Source of the DNA: Candidatus Wallbacteria bacterium
Lineage (GTDB): Bacteria > Muiribacteriota > UBA6191 > JACPRK01
DNA: 34,199 bases
Assembly (NCBI GenBank): GCA_016199905.1
Contig: JACQFU010000396.1
Coordinates: forward strand, 1-34,199
Reading direction: 5' to 3'
Part shown: positions 17,009 to 25,500 of the stretch, piece by piece
Numbering within the stretch: position 1 is the stretch's first letter
Layout of the letters: the number at the start of each line of letters is the position of its first letter
The notes under the pieces: model-generated
What the model was told of the DNA's origin: nothing
Databases searched by the model: none
What the model saw: only the letters and a program-made list of their open reading frames with translations
Position numbers and translations under genes: made by a program

Positions 17009-17464
17009 TTGAACTGGAAGAACGTCGCCACACCGCTGCTGCTGGCCGCGCTCGTCGCGGCAGCCCCCATCGCCCTTCGCGCCGAGGAGGCCGAGTCGAA
17101 GAACGTGAAGGAGATCGACGCCTCGACGAAGAGTTTGGACATCGACAAGCTCGTCGAGCCCGGGCACACGACCATCGTCGACATCTTCAGCCAGGCTTGC
17201 CCGCCCTGCCGGGCCCTGTCACCGAAGCTCGACGCGCTCGCCAAGAAGCGGAAAGGCCTGAAGATCTTGAAACTCAACTTGGGCACCAAGCAGTCCAAGG
17301 AAGGGCTCGAAATCAACTGGGATGTGCCGCTGCGGGCCAAGTACGACATTCACTCGATTCCGTATCTCTTCCTCTACGACGAGAAGGGCGTGCAGCTTGC
17401 CGCCGGCGAGGACGCTTACTCCAAGGTCCTCGGTTGGCTCAAGAAGGAGAAGTTGGCGAAATAA
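17009..17464 (+). CDS. Secreted thioredoxin-fold protein (CPPC active site)
   Basis: TTG start preceded by GGAGGA at 5 nt. Signal peptide NWKNVATPLLLAALVAAAPIALRA. Active-site context DIFSQACPPCRAL, plus the cis-Pro region IHSIPYLFLY. Confidence 0.8.
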   Translation: MNWKNVATPLLLAALVAAAPIALRAEEAESKNVKEIDASTKSLDIDKLVEPGHTTIVDIFSQACPPCRALSPKLDALAKKRKGLKILKLNLGTKQSKEGLEINWDVPLRAKYDIHSIPYLFLYDEKGVQLAAGEDAYSKVLGWLKKEKLAK

Positions 17465-17488
17465 TCCTGGAGCCGAGCCACCCTCGAC

Positions 17489-17530
17489 GCGCCCCGCGGG
17501 CGACCTCGTCGCCGCGGGGTGCGCGTTTCT
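17489..17530 (+). terminator. Probable intrinsic terminator after the thioredoxin-like gene
   Basis: GCGCCCCGCGGGCGAC-CTC-GTCGCCGCGGGGTGCGC forms a stem of about 15 bp with one bulge, followed by GTTTCT. Confidence 0.45.
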
Positions 17531-17548
17531 CGGCCTCGCAGCCAGTTA

Positions 17549-17564
17549 TGGCACCGAGGTTGCC
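17549..17564 (+). promoter_or_regulatory. sigma54 (RpoN) -24/-12 promoter TGGCAC-CGAGG-TTGCC
   Basis: All ten fixed positions of TGGCAC-N5-TTGC are present with correct spacing. It is intergenic, correctly oriented, and the -12 GC lies 56 nt upstream of the Flp pilin ATG. Confidence 0.55.
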
Positions 17565-17618
17565 AAGTGAGGGCGGGCACAGCGGCCTCCGCCTTCGGCC
17601 GCGGTGCCCCAGAAAACA

Positions 17619-17870
17619 ATGCCGATCCGCACCAGAAGATATCTTTCACGCTCACAGCGACGAGGCCAGGGCATCGTCGAGTGGGGTCTCGGAATCAGCT
17701 TGGTCGCCATTATCGCCGCTGCGGCTCTCTCCACGATGGGGCAAAGTGTCTCAGGCATGCTGAACCGCATCGTCACCCAGACGAGCGCGGCTGCCGGCCG
17801 CGAGCACACAGGAGAGATCCTGTCTTCGACAGGTTCCGGCGGCGGCATTGGCGCCTCGGGAAACCGCTAG
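17619..17870 (+). CDS. flp: Flp/Fap-family type IVb (Tad) pilin precursor
   Basis: MPIRTRRYLSRSQRRG|QGIVEWGLGISLVAIIAAAALSTMGQSVSGMLNRI matches the Flp pattern: basic leader, G/xxxxEY processing motif with W for Y, a hydrophobic helix, then TxLGxxxSxxF. It has a Gly/Ser-rich C-terminal tail. Confidence 0.75.
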   Translation: MPIRTRRYLSRSQRRGQGIVEWGLGISLVAIIAAAALSTMGQSVSGMLNRIVTQTSAAAGREHTGEILSSTGSGGGIGASGNR

Positions 17871-19885
17871 CGAACGGCCGCCGGCAGGCCCTGGTAGCTC
17901 GGTGCTGCTTCGGGGCGCGGAGCGTCCAGGCCGTCGCCCCAGACGCCCAGCGCGTCGCCCGGCAGCGGCGCCTTCAACTCGCCCACGACTTGCGAGCTGC
18001 CGACGAGAAAGAGCGTCATCTCCATCACGACACGGTTCTCGCGCTGGATGAGGGCGCTCGGGTCTTCGCCGCGTTTTTTGGCGCCGTCGATGAGCTTGCC
18101 CAGGAGATCCATCTCCTCGCGGAAGACGTCGAGAATAGCGACTCGCGAGGCCTCGACCTCGCGCTGGCGCGACTGGATTCCTTGATTGCGCCGAGCCACC
18201 TCCTCGGCCGAGGGCTCCTTCCCTGGGGCCGATTTGGGAAGGTCCTTCTCGGAGAGGTACTTCTTGGCCTTTCCCGCGAAGTCGACGCTGAGCTTGTCGA
18301 CCAGCTTCTGGCGCGCTTCATCCAGAGCGTCGAGCGATTTCGCCATGCCCTTCTCGCCCAGGTCGCGGCGTTTCTGAGGATCGTCGGCCGCCTTCTCGAG
18401 GGCCTCCTTGGCGTGGGTGTACGCGCGACGCGCCATCCAGGTGTCGATGGCCGCGCCTGCCCAGGCGCCGCCGAAGCCGCCGATGACGCCTCCCGTGATG
18501 CCGCCGACGATGCCGCCTGCTGCAGCCCCGATGCCGATGCCCGCGGGCCCGAACGCCGCGCCTGCCCACGCGCCGACCTTGATGCCCGCAAACGTCCCGA
18601 TCTTTCCGCCGGCCCACATGCCTGCCGCGGTGAAAAAGAACTCCGCCGTGAGGATGCGCTCGCGCACGACCCGGCCGAGGATCTTGGCCTGCGTGATGGG
18701 GTTGATGGCGATCTTGCAGAGGTTGCCGAGGACCTGCGCGCCCGCCTGAGGATGCTGGACCATGTCGGAGAAGGTGACCTCCGCACCGCTCTCTTTGCCG
18801 GGCACGCGAACGCCCTTCATCGCCTCGGCCATGTAGCCTGCGCCGATCTCCCAGGCCGCGAACGCGGCAATCGAGCCCGGCAAGCCACCGAGGAGCCGGG
18901 CGAACATCGATCGCATTCCGGCGTCCCGCGCCAGCGAGGCCTGCAGCGACTGCACGAGGTGCGCCGTGGCGCCCGCGGCGACGAGGCCCGCCCAGACCTG
19001 GGGCGAATCGAGGGTGGAGGAGACGGCCTTGCCGATGTCGACCCGGCCCGTGGCGCGGTACTGGGCCGCGGCCTGGAAGACCATCAGCGTCAGCAGCGAC
19101 TGGACCGGACTGGCAAAGTACTTCTGGGCGCCGACCGGGAGAATGCTCTTCCCGCCGGATTGGTTGGTGAGGAAGTCCCGCAGCCGGGCCGGGAGCTTTG
19201 GAGACACATTGGATGCGCCGGCTCCAGTGGCTCCAGCGGGTCCTCCGAGGGGTATGGGCGGACGGGCGGCGGCGTCGGGCGCCTTGGGTCCGGGGACGGG
19301 CCCAGCGCTCGGGGCGCCTCCGGCGTCCACGACTCGCGAGACCGCCTTGGCCACTTGACCGTCCATGGCCGTTTGCCGTTGCATCCGCGCCTCGAAGTCG
19401 GCCAGGTCCTTGAACTCGCCCTTGGCCCGCTCGGACACCAGCACGTGCCGCGCCTCCGGCGAGACCTCGGCCGCTTCCAGACGCTTCTCGAGCTGGAAGG
19501 GTTCGTTGACGTTGACCTTTTCGCCACCGATTTCCAACAGCAGCGGGTGGTGAACGGCAGGGCCGCCGTATCGGGCCACGATGGGCGCACGCTTGGCCGC
19601 AGGCACGCCGGCAAAAGCGAGGATGTCGTTGAGCAGGTCCGAGGGCGGCTTATCGCGCAAACCGCCGAGGACCGCGCGGTCGACGCCGGCAGCCTTCAAT
19701 TCGGCCTGGATGGCGGGCCGCTTGTGATACACGCCGGCCTCGCGAAGCGCCCGGCCCACCTGGGTCCAGGGGGCCATCGCGTCCCGGAGGAATTCCTGGG
19801 CGCCCGCGGGGGCTGCCAGCGCCAGAAACAGCGTCGCTATCGCGGCGGCGCGGCCGAGTCGTTCGGCGCGAAGAAGGGCGAACAT
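17867..19885 (-). CDS. Signal-peptide protein with glycine-zipper membrane region and charged helical C-terminus, 672 aa, unknown function
   Basis: The start was set at ATG 19885, giving MFALLRAERLGRAAAIATLFLALAAPAGA|QE. There is a Pro/Gly/Ala linker. An extended GxxxG/GxxxA array (GMWAGGKIGTFAGIKVGAWAGAAFGPAGIGIGAAAGGIVGGITGGVIGGFGGAWAGAAI) maps to about nt 18430-18640. The C-terminal tail is rich in Lys/Glu/Asp. Confidence 0.7.
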   Translation of the reverse strand: MFALLRAERLGRAAAIATLFLALAAPAGAQEFLRDAMAPWTQVGRALREAGVYHKRPAIQAELKAAGVDRAVLGGLRDKPPSDLLNDILAFAGVPAAKRAPIVARYGGPAVHHPLLLEIGGEKVNVNEPFQLEKRLEAAEVSPEARHVLVSERAKGEFKDLADFEARMQRQTAMDGQVAKAVSRVVDAGGAPSAGPVPGPKAPDAAARPPIPLGGPAGATGAGASNVSPKLPARLRDFLTNQSGGKSILPVGAQKYFASPVQSLLTLMVFQAAAQYRATGRVDIGKAVSSTLDSPQVWAGLVAAGATAHLVQSLQASLARDAGMRSMFARLLGGLPGSIAAFAAWEIGAGYMAEAMKGVRVPGKESGAEVTFSDMVQHPQAGAQVLGNLCKIAINPITQAKILGRVVRERILTAEFFFTAAGMWAGGKIGTFAGIKVGAWAGAAFGPAGIGIGAAAGGIVGGITGGVIGGFGGAWAGAAIDTWMARRAYTHAKEALEKAADDPQKRRDLGEKGMAKSLDALDEARQKLVDKLSVDFAGKAKKYLSEKDLPKSAPGKEPSAEEVARRNQGIQSRQREVEASRVAILDVFREEMDLLGKLIDGAKKRGEDPSALIQRENRVVMEMTLFLVGSSQVVGELKAPLPGDALGVWGDGLDAPRPEAAPSYQGLPAAVR

Positions 19886-19967
19886 GCAGGCAGGGGCAGG
19901 CGTCTGTAAACCCGGCCCTCGGTACACGGGAAAACCGTTCCCCGTGCGCGGGCCGTTTCATGCCCCA

Positions 19968-22370
19968 CTACTTGCCGGAGCTGGCAAATGTTCCGGCCGG
20001 CCACCACCAGGCCCGCTTGCGCGCCGCTGCGCCCGGAGGCGCCGGCTGTGCTCCCGAGGGCCGTCCGGGTTCTTCGACCGATCTGGGCGATTGGGCCGCG
20101 CCTGGAACTTGCTGCAGGTGGTGCAACTCGGCTTCGACTACCTCGAGGAAGCGCGCCAGGTCCCCCGCGGAAAGAGCGCCCGCGTGACCGATCAGCAAGC
20201 CGTTCTCGGCGTGGGGCGGGCCCGAGCGCTCCGTGACGCACCCGCGTGCCAACAGTGCCTCGTGCAAATCCGCGGCCGCGACACCCGGCGGCATCAGGAT
20301 CGGCGTCAACACGCTGGAAAGCAGCCGCATCTCGACGGGGAACTGGAACCCGAGCGTGAGCAGCGACCGCCGGAGCGCCGCCGCGCGCCGGGCCAACTCT
20401 GCGGCGACTCCGTCGGGACCACGGGAGAGCAAATCGCCCAGCGCAGTCGCCAGACCCATCAACGCCTGCAGCGCCGGCGTGTTGGGCATCTGGGCCCGTT
20501 CGACAGCCAGCTTGTAGTGGATCGAGAGGTCCAGGTACCGCACCCGGGGCTGGGTCGACTGCAGGCGCCGGAAGAGCTGCCGTTCGCCGATGACGAAGCT
20601 CACGCCGGGCGTACCGCCCAGGGCCATGTCGGGCGCCCCGGCGAGCAGCGCAATGCCGAGCCCGGGGAGGTCCACGCAGTGGGCGCCCAGGCTGCCGACG
20701 GCGTCGACGAAGAATGCCGCGCCGGTCTCCTTGCAAATGGCGGAGAGCTCCTCGACGTCGTTCAACATGCCGGTGCCCGTCTCGTGATGGGCGGCCAACA
20801 AGAAAACCGAAGCGCTCCTTTGAGATTTGAGCGTCTTGCGCACCACGGCGCCGTCGACGGGCGTCCCGGGCGCGAACTCCACGACGTGACTGGCGCCCGG
20901 CGCGTAGGTCGAGGCGAGCTGGGCCAGCCGGTCGCCGTACTGGCCGTTGGACACCACGACGAGACGACCCAATCGAGCCATCGACTCCACCGAAGCTTCG
21001 ACCGCCGCCGACCCCGAGCCGGCCAGCAGCAGCGGCTGGTGCCGTTCGGAACCGGCTCCCACCAGACCCAGGAGCTTGCGCGTGACGTCCTCGAACAGGG
21101 CTGAGAAGGCCGGCTCCCTGTGAGTCAGGGCTCGCGCGCCGGCCGCGTGGACCGCGGCCCTCACCGGCGCAGGCCCGGGCGCGACCATCACTCGCCCGTC
21201 GCCCGGCACACTGCTCGACCAGTGGAACGCCCGCGCGTCCAGCTCCATCTTCGAGCCGTCCTCCGCGGCCTCCAGGCGCAGCTCGGCCTCGGTCTCCAGG
21301 CGACGGCGAAGCGATTCGTCCGTCCACGGCAACAGAAGCCGCCAGGGAAAGGCGTCCTCCCGATGAAGCGACTGCGAGGCGCTCACTCGCCGATAGTGGA
21401 CCAGCACCCTCGCCCCGCCCGCCCGGTCCGCCAGAGCCCGCAACCTCAGGAACAGGTCGAGCGGGCCCCTCGGCCACCCGGCGCGCACCGCCCAGCCGCC
21501 GGCCTCCAGCGCCCGCGCGGCGAGCATCGCCGAGCTGTCGAAGATTCGCCCGGGCACCAGACGGCCGCCAAGCCAGTCGTCGTTCATCCGTGCAAGCTCG
21601 CCGGCCATCCGCTCGCGAGCGGCCCTGGACACGCCAAACAGGCGAAGGCCCAGCACGTTGCGCGCGTAGCAAGCGCCGATCGTCTCTGAGACCTCCACGT
21701 GGATCAACGCCGAGCGGGTTCCATAGAGGTAGTCCGCCAGCGACACCGGCTGGAGCAACGCCGGTTCGACTCCTCGCACCGCCATCAGGTTGCAGGGGTA
21801 GACCGTGTCGCCGAGCCGCAGTGCGGCCGAGCCCAGAGCGTCGGAGCCCGGGCCGGGAAAGGGTTTTGCGTAGCCGAGAAGCAGTTCCACCGCCGCCGGC
21901 GCCAGGCGCGTCAGCGTCCCCAGCGCGGCCTGCGCGCCTTCCACCGCGCGGCCGTCCCGCACGCCCAGCCTGGAGCCGGCTGCCGAGCTTCGCCACGCCC
22001 CGCCGTCGAGCCAGCTCTCGAGCTCGCCGCCCGCCTCGAGCTTCAGCGGCCCCTTTTCAGTGCTCGCAAGCCGCACGACCGCCGGAGCAGGGGGAGGATA
22101 GTAAGGCGCCCAGCGTGCCGCAGCGTCCGCCGCAATGGAACCTGCCGCCAGGATCACGCACGGATTGACTTCGGCGACTCGCGAGGCCAGTTCCGCCAGC
22201 CGATGGTTGGCCAGATCGGACTGCGTGACCTGACGGACCGCGGGTCTGAGGGCCGGCCGAGACTGCAGCAACCGTTCCAGCCGCTCCGCCGCCGTCTCGC
22301 CGGGACTCGAAATCAGCAGCACGGTGCCCTGGAACGGCACCGAGGTGTCCCGGTTACGCGACGTCGTCAT
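19968..22370 (-). CDS. Fusion protein: unrecognised N-terminal region (about 400 aa) plus class-V aminotransferase-fold domain lacking the PLP lysine
   Basis: The C-terminal domain (about nt 20120-21195) aligns motif by motif with AGXT/PhnW-type enzymes: APGPAPV, LLLAGSGSAAVEA, HHETGTGMLN, FFVDAVGSLG, and GAPDMALGGTPGVSFVI. The last motif normally reads ..S(A/Q)(N/Q)K(C/A)(I/L)xGxPG. The start was set at ATG 22370 because the track start (22607) would overlap the divergent kinase gene; no good SD is present, so the start is uncertain. Confidence 0.72.
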   Translation of the reverse strand: MTTSRNRDTSVPFQGTVLLISSPGETAAERLERLLQSRPALRPAVRQVTQSDLANHRLAELASRVAEVNPCVILAAGSIAADAAARWAPYYPPPAPAVVRLASTEKGPLKLEAGGELESWLDGGAWRSSAAGSRLGVRDGRAVEGAQAALGTLTRLAPAAVELLLGYAKPFPGPGSDALGSAALRLGDTVYPCNLMAVRGVEPALLQPVSLADYLYGTRSALIHVEVSETIGACYARNVLGLRLFGVSRAARERMAGELARMNDDWLGGRLVPGRIFDSSAMLAARALEAGGWAVRAGWPRGPLDLFLRLRALADRAGGARVLVHYRRVSASQSLHREDAFPWRLLLPWTDESLRRRLETEAELRLEAAEDGSKMELDARAFHWSSSVPGDGRVMVAPGPAPVRAAVHAAGARALTHREPAFSALFEDVTRKLLGLVGAGSERHQPLLLAGSGSAAVEASVESMARLGRLVVVSNGQYGDRLAQLASTYAPGASHVVEFAPGTPVDGAVVRKTLKSQRSASVFLLAAHHETGTGMLNDVEELSAICKETGAAFFVDAVGSLGAHCVDLPGLGIALLAGAPDMALGGTPGVSFVIGERQLFRRLQSTQPRVRYLDLSIHYKLAVERAQMPNTPALQALMGLATALGDLLSRGPDGVAAELARRAAALRRSLLTLGFQFPVEMRLLSSVLTPILMPPGVAAADLHEALLARGCVTERSGPPHAENGLLIGHAGALSAGDLARFLEVVEAELHHLQQVPGAAQSPRSVEEPGRPSGAQPAPPGAAARKRAWWWPAGTFASSGK

Positions 22371-22578
22371 GGTGAACCCGAGCCACGGCTCCTCCTGAAC
22401 CGCCGGATGGGGTATCGGCAGGTTGAGGTCAAAAGGATGAGACCGGGCCAATCTGTCTCTGGCGTCACGCTCCACCGACAGCGTATATTCGTCGGGCTGC
22501 GCGGAGCCCTTCCCGGGACGGCGGATCTCGGGCCAAGGGCAAGCCGCCAGCCCGCGAGGGGAGGTCGCGGAGCGGGAA

Positions 22579-25500
22579 ATGCTCGCCAACAAACGCTTCA
22601 ACCCCAAGGCCCTCGTCGGAAAGTCCCTGCAGCAAGGCCGGTACGTGCTGAAGCATTTTCTCGGCGCGGGCTCCTTTGCCTACGTTTTCAAGGCCGAGGA
22701 AATGCTCGGGGGCCAGCGGCTGCGCGACGTGGCCGTCAAGTGGATCGTGGAGGGCGACCCGGCGTCGATCCTGAGCGAGGCCCAGGCGCTGGCAGCCATG
22801 CCCCCGCACCCCAACATCGTCACCTTCCTCACGAGTCTTCCTTTGGCGCCGCCGGCCACGGGCCTACTGCTGGTGCTGGAGTTCGTGGAGGGCAAGCCGC
22901 TGGACCGTCTGCTGATGGAGGGCGTGGCCCTGCCGCCCGAGGACGCCGGAAGGCTCCTCGACCACGTGCTGGCCGGGCTGGCCCATGCGCACGCCCACAA
23001 GGTCGTTCACCGCGACCTGAAGCCCGAGAACATCCTGGCCCGCCCCGACGGCATCCTCAAGATCACCGACTTCGGCATCGCCCGCTCGTCCCAGGCGTCC
23101 AAGAAGACCTCGGAGGACGTCATCAAGGGGACGCCGGCATACATGGCTCCGGAGCAGTTCGGCCGGCGACACGATCACCGCGTCGACATCTATGCGGCGG
23201 GTGTGATGGCCTACGAGATGCTCGTCGGGCGCCGACCGTTCACGGGCACTCCCCTGGAGATCATGCGCGGTCATGTCATGGAGGCGCCGGAGATCCCGGC
23301 CCACCTGCCGGCCGCGCTGCGGGACTTCCTCGACCGATCGCTGGCCAAGAACCCCGACGACCGCTACGCCACCGCCGAGGAGATGCGCCGGGCTCTGGTC
23401 GCCGCGATCGCGCCTCAGCCCGAACCGACCGGTCGACGCAAGGAGCCGACTCTCTCGGGCCGCGCGACCCGCGACCTCGAGGGGCGCGCCACGGCGCAGT
23501 TCACCGGCAACCGAAAGCGGGCCCATGCGGCGGCGACGCGGCCCGCCGTGCTCGAGAGTCACCCGGACAAGGCTCCGCAGGCCTCCGTCGAATGGCGCTT
23601 GCCCCCGGGAAGCCGCCTCCTGGCGTCGATCGCCGGACAGGCGTTGCCCGGGATGACGCGCCTGGCGCAGCGAGTTGCGGCCGGGCTGAAGGTGGACAGC
23701 GCCTTCCGGCATCCGGCGTACATTCTGCGGCGCGCGCTCAGCTACGAGAAGCGCCAGGTGGTGGAGCGCTTCGACGTCTACCGCAATCAGCGCTTCAGCA
23801 AGCCCGTGTTCGAGGCCGCGTCGGACATCGATCCGTGGGAGCCGATGTTCGGCGTGGAGCGCCCCACAGGCGACAAGCGACTCACCGAGCTGCGAATCCC
23901 TTCCACCGAGCGGCAGATGAAGTGCCTCCACTGCCGTGGGCGAGGACGAGCGAAGTGCGCGGCCTGCAACGGCGAAGATTCCGTGCTGTGCGACGTTTGC
24001 AAGGGGTCCGCCGAGTCGGAGTGCGCCGACTGCCAGGGCATGGGCGATCGGGTCGGCTACCTGGTCATCGAAGCGCACTGGGAGACCCAGCACGCCGTCA
24101 ACGTCCTGAAGCCGCCGCCGGTAGATGCGGACGTCACAGTGGAGGATCTGGCCGACGCCCCGGCAGAGAGGCTGATGCGCCTCAACGGCGGGGTTCTGGC
24201 CGTCACCGATCTGCCGTCGCCGTTCCCGTGGCCGGACCTGCTCCCGCCGATCCGATCGCTGCTGGAATCGATCACGATCATTGGCGACTCGGCCTCGGTG
24301 GACGACGACCTGACGGTCGACTTCGTCTGGATCGGACACGCGATTTGCGAGCTCAAGGGCGAAGAAGCCAGCGTCGACGCCGTGCCGGAAGGAGGCTTCG
24401 CAACGTGTGAGCCCCGCTTACTCGACATCTTGAGAGACCGGGCCTTCGGCATGCTGAGGGATGTCGAGTTCTGGGACAACGAGCCGATGGAAGCGCTGTC
24501 GCTGGCCCGCGAGGCGCTGGGACCCGAGGGTCCACCCGACTGGCGAGATCCGGTGCAGGAAACCGCGCTGGGCCTGGTTCAGCGCCTGCTCGCGGCTGGC
24601 CACACGGGGCGCTTCCGAGACCTGCGCCGCCCGTTCTCGGAGCTGGTCGGGCTCGACTCGACGAACCGGTGGAAGCAGCGCTGGGCAGACGTGATCGTGG
24701 CCTACAGGCGCGCCCTGATGCAGGAAGTGCAAACGGCTCTGGAAGGTGACGATCCCGCCGACACGCTGGCGCGCGCGCTCACCCAGATGTCGGACCTGGA
24801 GATGCTGGCGCAGGAAGGCCCCGCCCTTTTCAAACTCGCTCTGGAGCGACTCCAGGACCTGCTGCGCAAGGGGCAGTTCGAACGTTCGGACCGTTTGATC
24901 GACGCCCTTCGCGGCGTGACCTGGCCGGTCAAGGGGGCCATCGAGACGCTGGCCGGACTGAAGAGCGGGGCGCTGCAAGAGCGCTGCATGACCGTGCAGC
25001 GGCAGTGCGATACCGGCGGGAAACCGGACGCCATCTATCGCGAGATCAGCTCGCTGCTGATGCTCTGCCCGGAGATCTCGCTGATGGCGGCCACGCTCAG
25101 GGCTTTCCGCAAGCGGCTGGGCCAGGAGCTGAAGGCCGGGCGGATCGTCGCCGGATGCCACTGGGGCCGGCGTCTGCAAGAGGAGCTGTCGCACGCCCGG
25201 CCCGACCTGGCGCCGCTGTTCGCGAGCATGCTCGACGGCCACGAGGACGAGTTCATCACCACCGTGGTCGACATGGTGAAGGACCCGGCTCGTTTCGGGG
25301 ACGCCCTGTCGCTGCTGGGACTGCAGGAAGTGAAGCTGGAGGAGGACCCGCGAGTCTCGACGTTGGCGGCCGCCTTCGACTCCGCCTTTACCGCCAAGCT
25401 CGCGGGGTTCGAGCCGACAGGCGCCGGAGGGGCGCTCTCCGACGAGCAGCAGCAGGAGCTGACCCGGGAGATGGGGGCCTGGATGCGGCTTCAGGGCTGG

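Noticed and set aside
19925-19946. Hairpin CACGGGAA-AACCG-TTCCCCGTG between the aminotransferase-fusion gene and the glycine-zipper gene, considered as a terminator
   Set aside because: The stem is short and bulged, with no U-tract on the transcribed (minus) strand. The 82-bp gap is compatible with co-transcription.
22371-22607. Longer start (22607) for the aminotransferase-fusion gene
   Set aside because: It would overlap the divergent kinase gene start by 29 bp and leave no promoter region. GC3 in this stretch is lower than in the body of the gene. It is not fully excluded because ATG 22370 lacks a Shine-Dalgarno sequence.
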